From contig OZ024742.1 of the NCBI GenBank assembly GCA_964016885.1, positions 336,598,001 to 336,662,000 on the forward strand: DNA of 64,000 bases. The letters run 5' to 3'. How positions within the stretch are numbered: the stretch's first letter is position 1; each line of letters begins with the position of its first letter. This DNA is from Eledone cirrhosa. Its lineage: Eukaryota. A program made the position numbers and the translations under genes. The notes under the pieces were generated by a model. That model was given only the letters and a program-made list of their open reading frames with translations. It was not told the DNA's origin and searched no databases. Below, in pieces: positions 28,148 through 42,639 of this stretch.

Positions 28148-29924
28148 AGATCTCAATAAAATAAAAAAGATATTACGAAATAGCCAATCAAAAGTTATAG
28201 ATACACGTGTGGTGACGCCCCTGAATGGTCCCAGTCAACTAGTTAGACTGAGTAAGTAAACGGTTTCGATGTTGAGCATTCAGTTGTTTGTTCAGCTGGA
28301 ATCCTGACCTGTTAAATTAACAGACACTTGCATCAGTGAGCATTCACACAATTTCCGTTTATCCGATTTCTGTGACGAAGCTCGGGTCGGGTCGAGATTA
28401 TAGTAAAGACATTTACACAAGATAACCCTCCATGAGATCGAACCTGTGATCTTGTGATTACAAATCTGATTTATCAGCCACCCAGCCATGTTTGTTTTCA
28501 CAAAATAATAGGCCATCTAAGTGATAACTTGCTGGTGTTGACCTACTAAAAGAAAGAATTCAAGTAATTTTCAATGAAATTACAGTTGACACTCGATAAA
28601 AACAGGTATTAGTATATAGGGACTAACTATTCTAGTTGAATATGGTGACAGTAATATTGAGGTTCATAGCTAATTCTGAATCTGGCTGACATAGATAAAA
28701 TCCTTATACAAACTTTAGATGTAAACGTTTACAGTGTAAATATTTCGTTGTTTTGTCAAGATATAAAAAGGATGAACGTTTACAATGGTTTAAACTTTAC
28801 TAGTCCACCCTGTATGTACATATTATTGTTGCTGTTTTGCAAGATTATGTAAACACAATCAAATAGAGAAATAGGAACTAACCAATTTGACATTGTCATT
28901 AGAGATATTAATGTAAATTAATGGATGCCTCTTGTCCAACCAATAAGAAAATGGCATGTAGGAAATACGTTTTAACTCTGAATGCACGTATGCAAAAAAG
29001 ATGACATTAAAACGATATTTTTAATGGAAGACAATGCTTATGATTCTCAAATCCTTTTGAAAATATTCAGGAATTTGGAGTGATTTTGTAAACTGTCTAA
29101 CTTACTTATTATCAAGCTGATATTTGAAACATAACTTAAATGTTCTTACCTAAATTAATATAGGTTTTCAGATAAATATAAACAGTTTAATACAGTTTTG
29201 TATTGTAGAACCAATGGTGGTTTCGTGCGGTTTGTTATCAAAAGGATTAAAAGTGCCCAGGAAAGCGGCTATGATACAAGAAAGTAAAAACAGTTCCAGT
29301 TGAACATCATTACATTTAATTAAGATTCTCGAAATACAAGTCATTAACATTTCTTAACACTTATATGTGACAAGGAATTACAAATAGACAAAAAATAATC
29401 ACGATAACTAAAAAAAAAAGGAAATTTTATAGAGTACTCTTAATTATCAAAATAAACTATCTAGGGAAATCTAAATATTGAAAGTACGAATTCTTGACAT
29501 GTGTTGTAATCGAGGAGAGATTTATCTCTCATCAAATGAATTGAAGCTAGGCACAAATTAACAGTTCCTCAGGGCTTTGAATACATTTACAGTTTTACAT
29601 TTTACAATAATGTAAAGGCTAAATCAAACATATTTTAGAAATACTTAATTCGAAATATTGCAGCAACTCAGTGTGATTAACACATTTGTTACTACAATTT
29701 TAATGAAAAATACTCTTTTACTTGTCCCAACCATGGGTTGCTGCCATGCTGGATTCCAAATATATTTGAAATTATTCAAGAATTTTGAGAAATTTGGTAA
29801 AATAACTTTCTCAGTATTAAGCTGTTTTAAACATACTTTAAAATTTCTTACATTAAATTACGATAGAAAGATTTTTTTAAATAACTATAAACACTTTAAA
29901 ATAAACAGTCTAGTATCATAGAAC

Positions 29925-30275
29925 CTGAAGGCGACGAGTTGGCAGAGTCGTTAGAGCGTCTGATAGAATGCTTTGTGGTATTCATACAGGCTCTCTACCC
30001 TCTGAGTTCAAATCCCGCCGAGGTCAACTTTGCCTCTCATTCTTTCGAGGTTGATAAAATGTACCAGTCAAGTACTGGGGTTCATTCTTCCTCTATATCT
30101 CTTTCTTATTTCTTCTCTTTCACTTTCTATCCTTCTCTGAAAGAAATTTTCTGTGTTCAGACCTGGAAAAGAGATGAGCTCCCCCAGGCTTAAAATGCCC
30201 TAAAATATCGTATGCCACTATGGCGCCCCTACGACTCCATCTGACATTACGGGACTGTGATGCATCCATCAAAGA
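29925..30275 (+). mobile_element. Older Meta-domain SINE subfamily with extended 3' part; relatives at 31335-31645 (-), 34945-35260 (-), 39025-39320 (+)
   Basis: A/B boxes, Meta domain, CT-rich spacer and tgttcagacctgga...cctacgactcc tail shared among the copies. Confidence 0.65.
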
Positions 30276-30691
30276 ACCAGGGACTATTTCAGGTTTATGA
30301 GAACTCTCGAATCTAGTTGTATCTCCATGTTTCTTGTAGGTGTTGTTGCCGTTGTTATGGATCACACCTTGGCAATTGTTTTACTGTTCGATAAACAAGA
30401 ACCGTATAGAATATTCTTGTTTCGATGATAGAATCTCTAGTTTTATCACATCACCATTTCTTTCCGATATTTGGAGGCAAGATTTGAACTCTGAATGCAC
30501 AGAGCCTGTACGCATCTTACAAAACCCAAACAGTCCTGACAATTCGACTCTCTAACAATCTGACGCTCCAACAATCCCATTAATTCACCGACCGTTCACT
30601 GATACACATCTATATAATTCATAAATGTGAATAATTACAGAAAAAATATTCTGTCGTCAGACAATTTCGCAACACACACACACACACATAT

Positions 30692-30769
<78 letters not shown>

Positions 30770-30779
30770 ATGTATATAT

Positions 30780-31316
30780 GTCGGATCACTCTTGAGTGCT
30801 ACTGGTAACATGTAACCCAGTACAACTTGTCGCATGGTCGCGTCGTCGGCGAATAAAACGGCAACCCCACCAAGTTTATTTGGTGAGGAGGGTGATTTTG
30901 GACACACCGCAGGACAAAAAACAAAATCTGACAAAGGGCGGAAGAACTCATAAGAGTCAACGGCCATCCAAAAGTGTGTAAATATGTAAATACACATGTA
31001 CCGCGCGGTTAAACCACTGGGAGTGAAGGACCCATAACCTTTGCCAGGGCATTCTTCTAGGAGAAGGCAACTCAGGAAACTGGGGTAACTACGACATAAA
31101 ACCTGCGGCTCAGTAGTTACCGATGATGTTGATCTTTTCTTCTTTTCGGGTTATAGCTACTGTCTCTCAGAGAGTGGGATTGGCTCAGTGCACAGTCTTT
31201 CCTCACTTAAAAAAAATCTTTACGCACAGGCATTGCACGATAGCATTAATTGATAATTATTAATAATGTTATATCGTGCAATGTCCACACTCGATAACGA
31301 GGGGGCAGCCATCATG
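30780..31316 (+). mobile_element. Diverged copy of the RTE-related non-autonomous element
   Basis: Aligns with the reverse complement of 22750-23356; ends ggcagccatcatgtatg. Confidence 0.65.
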
Positions 31317-32516
31317 TATGTATGTACCCATAACTCTTGAGGAGGGAGTCGTAGGGAACCGTAGTAACATACATCGTTTCTTGGGCACTTTAAGTCTGGC
31401 GGAGCCCATCTCCTCTCCAGGTCTGAACATAGCAGATATGTTCTAAAGAAGGAGGTAGAGTGAGAGAGAGGGAATGAGAAAAAATATAGAGGAAGAATTG
31501 ACCCCAGTACTAGACTGCTACTTTTTTTATAGACCTCGAAAGGATGAAAGGCAACGTTGAGCTCGGTGGGGAGCGTAGAGAGCCGGAACGAATACCTAAA
31601 AACATTCTGTTCAACGTTCTAACGACTCCGCCAATTCGCCGCCTAAAATACACCTGTATATTTCGTAAATGTGGAAATTCACAGGCAAAATATTTTGACG
31701 TTGGAGAATCTTGCAACACATCTGTATACATTTTGTGATGCACTAAATTTTCATGGCACATGATTGCTCTAAGGTGAATATCTTACGTCTGTCAGCTGGT
31801 TGATAAAAATATCTTCAGTTTTGAAAAGCGAAAGATCCACTCGGTTAACAAGAGAACAACGGCTTCTCAAGGCCTCCTGCATGCCATCTTTTGTGTGTCT
31901 GTTTCTAAAAGCGAATACGTTAGTATAGCGATGTTAACTGATGGCGATAATGACGTCAAATGAATCTCATGATGAAGGGGAGACAATAACGATGACGATG
32001 GTGTTCATCATAATTATCATCAGCAGCATCGTATCATCATCATCATCATTATCATCATCATCATCAACAACATTATTATGATAATCATCATCATTACGAT
32101 TACCTTGATGATGTAGATGATGAGAGTAAGGATATTGCTGCTGTTGCTGCTGCTGCTGGTGATGATGATAATCATCATCATCATCATAATAATAATAATC
32201 ATGATGGTGGCAGTGGTGGTGTCTATGCAGGATTATTACGAGAAAGAGAAACGTAAAAGGAATAACGAAAACAACAATGATGAGAATCAACAAAATAAAA
32301 AATTATTAAAAATGTCAACAAAATATCGTGTGATTCCCAAATGTAATGTTACTTGCATTCTGCTCGAACTTTCTCGTGATATCCTTTTCATTTTTGTTTG
32401 TTTGTTTACTTTTCCATCGATTTATATCCAATAAAATGCCATTGATGTTACTTGTGGTACATTCTAATCTGACATGGAATATACGTGTGTATATATATAT
32501 ATGTGTGTGTGTGTAC

Positions 32517-32610
<94 letters not shown>

Positions 32611-32859
32611 GTGTGTATGGATGAATGGATGGGTGGGTGGATAGTGGATGGATAGAGTGGACGCCGTAATGATATACAGTGTGTCTTCAGAATTTTAAAA
32701 CTGGCAGAGCCTATCCCCTCCCGAGGTCAGAACATAGTCAATTTGTTGTTGTTGTTGTTGTTGTTTTGTTGTTTTGTTCTTCTTCTTCTTCTTCTTCTTC
32801 TTCTTCTTCTTCTTCTTCTTCTTCTTCTTGGGGGAGTCGTAGGGGAAGAATCATCAATC

Positions 32860-33370
32860 ACGCCTTCCTGCGTTCCCAACAAAAGCAGCCATCTCCAATT
32901 GTTTCAGCTGGATCCTCCGAGTTTATGGATGTTATCCAAATATCTTGCTCGGGATCTACATCTGGGTCTCCTGGTGGTTGGTAAAAATCTATCTAGCGAA
33001 TTTTTTTCCTGTGAGAGAGCTGTGATCTTTCAATTCAGAGAAGTAGCAGCTCTATCTGGAGCGACTGAGCGCCGAGTAACACACTCGATCGACTAACCTT
33101 ACTTCAAAGATCCTTCGAAGGAACCCCTTTTCGGTCGCTTGTATTCTCGATTGTATTCTTTCGGTCATTATCCGAGATTAATTACCATAGGTGAGTTGGT
33201 ACAGATACCGCATTGAAGTTTAGCTTTTACACCTACCTCCCTTCTTCTGAAGACCCAATGCTAAAGCTGGTACATTACTGTACGAGCTTCTGAAATTCCT
33301 GCACTTAATCCAGCCTTTTGCATTCCATCATTCGTGAACACGGCCCCGAGATACTTGAACTTCTTCACTA
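32860..33370 (-). mobile_element. RTE-clade LINE 3' fragment, degraded
   Basis: Reverse complement encodes VKKFKYLGA; homologous to 61425-62125. Confidence 0.65.
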
Positions 33371-33677
33371 TCACTTTTGTTATTTAAGTGAAATATTATT
33401 ACAAGTCCAATGCATGGTTAAACTATTGCTTGTACTCATTTTCAGCTGAGTATAATGGACATCTGTTACACTGGTGTTGTTTCTTTAATGTTAATGTTTT
33501 TTGTTTTTTTCTCAAATTACTATTGTTGTTACAACTAAATGTATTTCTATTCAAACAAACGGAATACCACCAATACTTTTACATTTGTAATGTTATTTGA
33601 TATCAATGTTATTCGTATCACAAGCTGTTGTGTCGCATTTATTCTTTCAGCTTCTTTAAAATATTATTGTTACTCTG

Positions 33678-33945
33678 GAGACATGTACCCTAGTGGTAAG
33701 AGTGTTGGACCTATGATAATGTTATGGGTTCGATTCTTGGACTGGGTTGTGTGTTGCGCTCTTGAACAAAACACTTTATTTCACGTTGCTCCAGTATACT
33801 CAACTGAAAATGAGTACCAGTAATAGCTGGGGGTTTAACTCTGCAGTGGACTGGTTTCCTGTCCAAGGAGGAGTCTTGTATTCTCAGACGCCACGGAAGC
33901 CGGAATAAGCACCGGCCTGATGAGCCTGCGAGTTCGAGACAGGCA
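33678..33945 (+). mobile_element. CORE SINE, second subfamily with different tail
   Basis: tRNA head with ggttcgattc, CORE domain cttgaacaaaacactttatttcacgttgctccagt, tail ggaagccggaataagcaccggcctgatgagcc. Confidence 0.7.
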
Positions 33946-34016
33946 TTAGACTTTTAATTAATGTCTACTTTTAATTAATGTCTACTCAAACAACCTTACG
34001 AATATTCTCAAATAAT

Positions 34017-34203
34017 TGTTTCTACTTTAGGCACAAGGCCAGCAATTATCCAGTGCATTACTGGTACTTTATTTTATCGACCCCATGAGGATGAAAGGCA
34101 AAGTCAACCTCGGCGGGATTTGAACTCAGATCATAAAGGGACGTAACTATGCTGGAAAACATGGCGTCCGACCCTCTACCGATACTGCCAATCCACCGCC
34201 CTC
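34017..34203 (-). mobile_element. Meta-domain SINE, full length with 16-bp TSD
   Basis: TSD aatattctcaaataat at 34001-34016 and 34204-34219. Truncated copies at 34572-34655 and 36815-36891. Confidence 0.9.
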
Positions 34204-34873
34204 AATATTCTCAAATAATGAGCTGCATAATGTTACATGCATGACTTTTATGACAAAGTATTCCGATTAGATTTTTCAGGTTTTGTAATATAACTGACAC
34301 CATCTTTCATACAAACACTACAATGTTGCCAATATGTTTCAATAACGTTATACGGTAAAGTACATGTTACATACACCTCTATTGTTACTTTTGTGAAACG
34401 ATATTGAATCAATCAACTCTGTTACTGACAGTTTCTGGTACTCACAATGTAATTTTATGCATAATTAATGAAGTGGTGTGTTGCATAATATTACAACAAC
34501 AATATAAAACTCCCCCATTGATATTGAAACGACGTAAGCCATACATATTCAGTGGTAACAAACTTGCAATAATGTTTCTACTTTTGGCACAAGGCCAGCA
34601 ATTACTGGTACTTTATTTTATCGACCGCGTAAGGATGAAAGGCAAAGTTAACCTTTTTACATCAGATAATGAGGCCAAAGCCTCTCTTGCAGAAAATCGT
34701 TTGTTGGTACATCTTCGATGAACCGAAACGTCGATTAGAAATTGCGATCATTTCGTTTTCTTGTATTATCCTAGATCTAAACTCTGATAAACCTTAACTC
34801 TTGAGATATGTATGTATGTATATATGCATGCATTGATGGATGATGGATGGATCTATCTATCTATCTATATCTA

Positions 34874-34908
<35 letters not shown>

Positions 34909-35869
34909 TTATCTATCTATATCTATCTATCTATCTATCTATCTGTAACTCCCGATGGAGTCATTGTGGTGCTGTCGTAACATACGGCTGTCTTGGGCAT
35001 TATAAACTCGGCTGGGCCTAGCTCTCTCTAGGTTTGAATACTGTCGATTTCTTCCAGAGAAAGACAGTGTGAGAGAGGCCGTGAAAAAGATATAGAGAAA
35101 GACTTGACCAAAGAACTGGGCTGGTACTTTTTTTATTGACCTTTAAAGGATGAAAGGCAAAGTTGACGTCGGTAGATTTGAAATCAGCATTCGGAGAGCC
35201 GAGACGAATACTGCAAAGTATTCTCAATGGCAGTCTAAAAACTGCCAATTCGCCGTCTAAGATATGACGTTAATTTCTTAATAAACAGATGCTGATTTGC
35301 AGTGCAAAGTTCCCAGTGAACCGCATCAGTAACCTAGTTTGGAATCCCATCAGGAAATGCTACCCCTCTTTACTTTAAGTCATTCATTTTTAACACCCTT
35401 TTGGAAATGCTTAAATGGTACAACTTCCTATTTAAAACATGCCTTCTACAACAAAAGCCTAGTCTTAATGCCTCTCTGAGTGACAAGTGCTTCGTTAAGA
35501 AATATTAAGAAGCCTTGGATGTGGTATATAATCAGAAAATGATAGGCCGCAACTGCAAGGTTGATTAAATTCTCGATTGAATCAATTTAACTTCATGTGG
35601 TTTCACTATTAGTGATCTTGGACGAGAAGCATAGATAATACAACATGCCTCCAGAACTTTTTTTTTTCATTAAAATAACAGCTTGTTTTTTTTTGTGGTT
35701 GGTCAATAAGAAAGACAAATATTCGTGTATTTTAACAAGACATGTTCCATGGAGCAAAACGTAAGCTTCTAGCGAGCTAATTCAGTGAAGAGGTTTCTAT
35801 TCATTCCATACAACCAGATTTCAATATACTGAATGAAGGAGGGTGATTAAAACAATAAAGATGAGTGGA

Positions 35870-36600
35870 TAATCAACCGAAAGAAAGGCCACTGGGGAAG
35901 ATGAAATCCTGTCCGAGATGTTAAAAGCCTTAAATAGAGAAGGTATTCTCTGGCTAACTCGTATGTGCCGGGTGGCCTGGGTCTCCGGAAAGGCACATAA
36001 ATAATTATAGAAGGATCTCTCTGTTAAGCCTCTGTCGTAAAGTCTATCCTAAGTGTCTGGCAAAGAGATATAGGGAGATTGTCAAGTCTAAGTTAGCTGA
36101 TGAACAGTGTGGTTTTTGCCCTGGACGCATCACAGCTGACCAAATATTCACACTGAGGCAGGTCTTAGAGAGATATATTCTTGCTTGATAAGGCATATGA
36201 CCGCGTTCCATGGGACCTGCTCTGATGTCTCTATACGAATGCCCGAGTATTTGTGTTACAGCGAAACCATTCAATGTGGGAGTCGGCCCGCCAAGGGTAC
36301 GTACGGTTACCTCTTCTGTTCATTATATACATAAATAGGGCGGTGGATTGGCAGTATCGGTAGAGGGTCGGACGCCATGCTTTCCAGCATAGAGTTGCGG
36401 CCCTTGCCATTCTGAGTTCAAATCCCGTCGAGGTTAACTTTGCCTTTCATCCTTACGGGGTCGATAAAATAAAGTACCAGTAATGCACTGGTAATTGCTG
36501 GCCTTGTGCCAAATGTAGAAACAATTATATACATAAACAGGATTGACATGCTCAGCAGAATTACAAATTGTATAGGGGACTCAGATGCATGAAATAACTG
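35870..36600 (+). mobile_element. RTE-clade RT fragment, degraded and split by a SINE
   Basis: Remnants GEDEI..EMLKALN, WLTRMCRVAW, EQCGFCPGR, DQIFTLRQ and LLFIIYINRID. Confidence 0.65.
36338..36523 (+). mobile_element. Meta-domain SINE, full length with 14-bp TSD
   Basis: TSD attatatacataaa at 36322-36335 and 36524-36537. Confidence 0.9.
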
Positions 36601-37124
36601 CGAACGCCTTTGGTTCCTATAAATAATAGCTGGCCACTTTTCCCGTCTGTAGGGGTATTTTGGTACTATACTTGTTTCAGCCGACTGGCTGAGGCCATGA
36701 TGTGGCACCACCATTTTACCGATTTTTTAAGCTATTGTTTATTGAAACCAACTGTGTTTACAGTAATTTCCTGCGTTTGAATCTCCTACAATTTCTATGA
36801 ACTTAATAATAATAGATGTTTCTACTTTTGGCACAAGGCCGGCAATTATCCCAGTGTATTACTGGTACTTTATTTTATCGATCCCGTAAGGAAGGATGAT
36901 CCGAAACATGTACCTACTTACCCACCCTTATTCATTTTCCTCTGTTTGAAAAGAAAAATACTATTTAATTATTATGAACAGCACTACAAAACTGATTTCT
37001 ATTTCTAGGTACAGCCATTTGTAAAATTCACATACATTAGGGGAAACGTATGAAAGCCATGACTTCCCATTCAATTCGACACAGAGTTTCTTTATTATAA
37101 AACGGTTATTATTTAGCTCATTGA

Positions 37125-37632
37125 AATAGTTGTCGCCACAGTGCCGGCCGCATTCCACGCCATGCTGCCCTCAACGAGGTCATTAAGCATGGCTTGGATG
37201 CTGCAGGTTTTCCTTCCCAGCTCGAGCCGGTGGGGCTGGATCGAGGGGACGGCAAAAGGCCAGATGGCATGACCATCTTCCCGTTCCGCAGTGGCAAACC
37301 CCTCGTCTAGGATGCCACTTGCACCGACACTTTCTGCAGCCGCAACCTGGTGCAGTCTGCGACTGACCCAGGTTCTGCTGCACGTCGGGCTGAGGGGGCC
37401 AAACTCCTCAAATACCGGTCGCTCTCCGACAGGTTTGCGGTCGTTCCTCTGGCAGTGGAGACTTCTGGTGTCCTCGGCCCCAGGGCTACCTTCTTACTTA
37501 CCACCATAGGCGCTGAGCTGGCCAGCCGCAGGTGTGAGCCCCGCGAGTTGGAGTGGCTTTTCCAGCGCATCTCCTTTGCCGTTCCTCCGGGGAAACGCCT
37601 TCTCCATTCTGTCCGCCGGGGCTGTGGGTGAG
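37125..37632 (+). mobile_element. CRE-clade non-LTR retrotransposon 3' fragment (restriction-like endonuclease)
   Basis: RHAALNEVI...[16 protein letters not shown]...DATCTDT...KY...VVPLAVETSGVLG...LFQRISFAV. Confidence 0.8.
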
Positions 37633-37994
37633 CCCCATCGCGTACCATTACATTAGTTAAATACCATTCTTTCATCTGATACAACATAATAAAGACTAAA
37701 GTATTTACGTCAATATATTCCATATTGAATGACATACTTTCTCATAAAATCAGAATAAGTTTTAAGCGTACTCTTTTAATAACTTTAAAATATGTTTATA
37801 CTTTATTTCAAATATCTAATAAATCTCTAATGAATGTTATTCATATATATATATGTGAATGTGTGTGTGTGTGTATAAATAAATTTGCTCCAAACTCATC
37901 TACATATACAAAACACACACACACACATATACACACACATATATATATATGTGTGTGTGTGTATTTCTATATATATATGTGTGTATAAATATAT

Positions 37995-38183
37995 ATAATT
38001 GTTTCTATGTTAGGCACAAGGCCAGCAATTACCCAGTACATTACTGGTACTTTATTTTATCGACCCCGTAAGGATGAAAGGCAAAGTTAACCTTGGCGGG
38101 ATTTGAACTCAGAAAGGCAAGGGCCGTAACTCTATACGTCAAAGCATGGCGTCCGACCCTCTACCAATACTGCCAATCCACCG
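37995..38183 (-). mobile_element. Meta-domain SINE
   Basis: Family match to 34017-34203. Confidence 0.85.
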
Positions 38184-38318
38184 TATAAATTTATAATATT
38201 TGGTCTATACACACATGAATACATATATATCTATTCTTTGTGCTACATATATTTATATATATATATATATACACACACACACCTACACTCACACACTTAC
38301 ATATGTATATATATATAT

Positions 38319-38395
<77 letters not shown>

Positions 38396-38401
38396 TATAC
38401 A

Positions 38402-38485
<84 letters not shown>

Positions 38486-38492
38486 TGTGTGC

Positions 38493-38575
<83 letters not shown>

Positions 38576-38637
38576 CACGCACACACACACATATATATAT
38601 ATATATATAAGGAGAGAGAGGGAGAGAGAGGTAGAGA

Positions 38638-38668
<31 letters not shown>

Positions 38669-39534
38669 CAGTGATAGTGGAAGAGGTAGGACGAATTCAT
38701 ATTTCTAAGTATTAGAGCGAGAAATATAAAAATTGTATAAAGTGGTTGATAGGAGGAAAACAAAACAAGTAATACATACACTAAAATAAACATACATATT
38801 CCATATATTGTTTCTCTGCACAAAGTAGATGGCTTCTGGCAATATAGACAATGCACCACCATACATTCTTCCTCAGCCTTCATTAACAGAAGTTATATTG
38901 CAGCTAGTTTCCATGTGTTGGTTAACATACGCAGCGATGTTGTGTATGTTAAATTAAAAATAAAAATAGAATTCGGTATTTATTGAAACGAAAGCGACTT
39001 GAAAGCTCTGTATGACTGCATTAATAGGTGGTGAATTGATAAAGACGTTAGAACGTCTGATAGAATGCTTGCTGTGTTTGATTCGGATCTGTGCGCTCTG
39101 AGTTCAAATCCCATCGAGGTCAGCTTTACTTTTCATCGTTTCGAGGTCTATGAATAAAGTACTAATCCCCTCTTTCCCACCCCCCCCCTCTCTCTTTCGC
39201 TCACACTCTCTCTTTCTCTGGAAGAAATCGGATGTGTTCACATCTGGAGGTGGATGTGTTCCGCCATGTTTAATTGTCCGACAATTGGTACGACGGTGCC
39301 CTACGACTGCATCAGGAGTTATGGGGCCATAGTTTTGGTGCCAACTTTATTCTCATTAAGAACACAATTTTTTCCGTATTAATAATTGAATAAGACAAGT
39401 TCCATAAAATATTATTGACTGTGACAAATATTTCGTAAATGAGATCAGAATAATATATCTGTGTCTTAATTTTAGTAATGAACCCCCAAAATGATATTTT
39501 GTTACATATATGTGTGTGTATGTCTATGTGTGTT

Positions 39535-39587
<53 letters not shown>

Positions 39588-39589
39588 TA

Positions 39590-39945
39590 TCGAGAATCGC
39601 ATTTCGGTCCACGAAATAACGAAAAACAACCTCCGAGATGTGTGGCAAGTACTCAATGATTCAGATGAACCAGAGCTATAACAAACGTTAAAGGCCAAAC
39701 ACACTGAGACGATGGTTAAACAATCATTCGCATAGCCCCCCAAAAAAACGATCAAGTAATTCGGGTCAACAAATAAAAAATATCTGTGATTGAAAATTTA
39801 CCCGGACCCCTGGAAGGTTGGTAAAATCCAGCATTTGGGTTTCTGCGGCTCCTAAATCAAATACTGTCCGCTTACATAAATAATGTTAGGCTTCTGGTAA
39901 GATGATTGAACAAGGAAGCCACTTTCTCAACAGGTTTTAGTTCAA
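39590..39945. repeat. ~355 bp dispersed repeat, second copy at 49297-49646
   Basis: Highly similar direct copies, both starting at a (TA)n tract; no complete HHR found. Confidence 0.85.
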
Positions 39946-39964
39946 TGTTAATACAAGGACTAAC

Positions 39965-40124
<160 letters not shown>

Positions 40125-40731
40125 TGGTAAAAAAAATGGGAGGTTGTATCTGTAGTAAGTAGAGCACTCAGTCCAGCGGTTGTGTTTGGTATAGAGTTAG
40201 TTCCGCAACAAATTTTTAAAAAACATGCTCGAGGACACGCGTTTCGCCGGAAAGTAAGCTAAGGAACCTAAATGAGGATGGTAAAAAACTGATTACTAAA
40301 GTCTATATAGCTCTTTTAGGGTCAGAGAGAAATAATGCCATTATTAAATGACAAGCGACATAAAGACAACAGAACCCATCACTAAACAACCAGCCACCAT
40401 GCATTCAACAAAAATGTGTAAAAGCACATGCGGATGGTGTTTAAGTAGAACGATAAAGGTGAGTCAACGGGAAAGCTAGAAGTAGCTCCACGTTAGGTCG
40501 CATAAGTCAGCTATATTTCAATGTTAGTAGCAGAATTACATATATAAATTATTTTGATTAATGCCTGGCAAATGCAGAGGCCAACAGGAGTGCTAGAAAT
40601 AGTGCAAGGTTAGGACTTTAAGCCGGCCCTACTTCATTAAATCTTTGTTTCCAAAGAAATTCTTTTAGGAGCAGTAATACAATAAATACATCGGTAAATA
40701 TTGCTTAGACAAAATATATCGAATGCCATGC

Positions 40732-40763
<32 letters not shown>

Positions 40764-40772
<9 letters not shown>

Positions 40773-41203
40773 TAAAAGGAATTCCAACTTTGTCTGATTT
40801 ACTCGTTTTATTTACAATCCTTTAAAATTTATAATGGTATTAGAATGAAATAGTATGGTAAAATATTAACTGTTAAGTGTTAATTGAACAAGTACTTTCA
40901 TGCTTTCGCAATCTTCAGGTTCATAATGTGTGGTGATAGTCAAGTTTGCAATTTTGAAAGTCAAGTTGAAAGTCAAGTTGAAAATTGCAAACTTGACTGT
41001 CACCACACATTATGAACCTGAAGATTGCGAAAGCATGAAAGTACTTGTTCAATTAACACTTAACATTTTATATTCTACCATACTATTTCATTCTAATACC
41101 ATTATAAATTTTAAAGGATTGTAAATAAAACGAGTAAATCAGACAAAGTTGGAATTCCTTTTATTAATATAATCTTCTATACAAAATCATACACACCCGT
41201 GTA
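40764..41203. mobile_element. Near-perfect 400-bp palindromic element with twin HHRs (40885-40923 minus, 41013-41051 plus)
   Basis: Arms 40764-40955/40981-41170. HHR reads tgaac CTGAAGA t-tgc-gaaa-gca-t GAAA gtac TT gttca. Confidence 0.85.
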
Positions 41204-41213
41204 TATTTATCTA

Positions 41214-41251
<38 letters not shown>

Positions 41252-41906
41252 TACAATGACATAAGACAATCGACCACAGTCACCACACACACTCTCTACC
41301 TCCATTTTTCATAAGCCCACTGATTTCCACTCTTAACTCGATTTCACCTCCTCACATCTCACCCACACCAAACTCTCCATACCCTACTCCCAATTTCTCT
41401 GTCTTCGTAGACTCTGTAACGAGGTCCACAATTTCGAGACCCTGTACCAATACGTGGCCACCCGATACAAGCTTCCCCCACCCACGCCCGTGAAACCGAC
41501 CATATCACAACCCTCTTACGCCAACATCGCCTTTCCAACACTCCTTTCCTTTTCCCCCTTACATACCACCCCATCACCCTACCTCTCTGGCATACAACTT
41601 CGTTCTTACATACACACACACACACATACTCTCTCTTAAACTTACATATACAGGCATGTCTCCTCTTAGCTTCAACAGATCACACACACTCATGTACAGC
41701 ACTATATACAAAACGATGCTTTTTTTTTTTTCTTTTCAGCTAGACACGTTAGATCACCACCTTTGAAAACAAATTTATGTTAAACAAAACGCCAGCATGA
41801 ACAGTTATCCAAGAGATGGCGAGGTGAATAGACCTGTTTTTTTTCTCTTGAAAAATTTTCCTTTCGTCTCCTCAATCTTTCTATTTCTTCTTTAATTTCT
41901 CATTCT

Positions 41907-41942
41907 TCTTTCTGACGAAGGATAGCACCTGAAACGTTAAGA
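41907..41942 (+). ncRNA. Minimal hammerhead motif; decayed relative at 44810-44880
   Basis: tcttt CTGACGA agg atagca cct GAAAC GTT aaga; downstream actatat.aagcgt.aaactaata is shared with ~44856. Confidence 0.6.
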
Positions 41943-42036
41943 CACTTTCCCTACTATATTAAGCGTAAAACTAATAATATATTTCTCCATTGTACTGTGT
42001 CGTTTGGTTTGCTATTTATGTTTGCCTTTTACGTTT

Positions 42037-42071
<35 letters not shown>

Positions 42072-42136
42072 AACAAACACACACACATATATATATATTA
42101 CTATAACCAATATTATAGCATATGAAAATATAATAT

Positions 42137-42596
42137 ACTAGCAGTGGTACCCGGCGTTGCACGGGATAAGGTATTTCGGAACGTGGGCCGCCAACAGACC
42201 TAATCGTGGAAAAACTGCATGCTTGGACAATATGTAAAGAAAATAAACCGAATATTCTGATGGCTGGATAATCTTTAAGATGTTCCTTGATGAAACAGGA
42301 AAAATGCAGCTATTCACCTAATGCGGGCCCTAGGCCATAAAAAGTTGGATTTTCTTTGCTCTCGGTACGAAGAAGAGACTGACTAATACATAGTTACAAT
42401 TTCAAGGAAATCAGTGTGACGTAACGCCTAAAAAACCCTAAAAACCTGAAAAACGCAGTTTTTCACCTAATGCGGGCCCTAGGGGATCAAAAAGTTGAAT
42501 TTTTTAATGTGCATAACACTCCCTGAAAGATAATTAATACACATGTAAAGTTTTAAAAAAGTCAGTTGGGTACTTCTCGAGTTTTGGGGATTCAAA

Positions 42597-42639
<43 letters not shown>

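Noticed and set aside
31967-32293. His/Asp/Gln-rich ORF
   Set aside because: Compound (ATC)/(ATG)/(CTG)n trinucleotide repeats, with no splice or domain evidence.
33912-33945. CTGATGAG as a hammerhead core
   Set aside because: Lies in a SINE tail; no GAAA with stem III and no stem I follow.
38790-38940. Possible host exon (also 52130-52290)
   Set aside because: Slightly higher complexity, but no recognisable protein motif or convincing splice-site pair.
40224-40330. Complete hammerhead at GAAAC-GCGT-GTC (minus strand)
   Set aside because: Only the 3' half is convincing; no intact core with a matching stem I. The same applies at 45122-45140 and 55785-55805.
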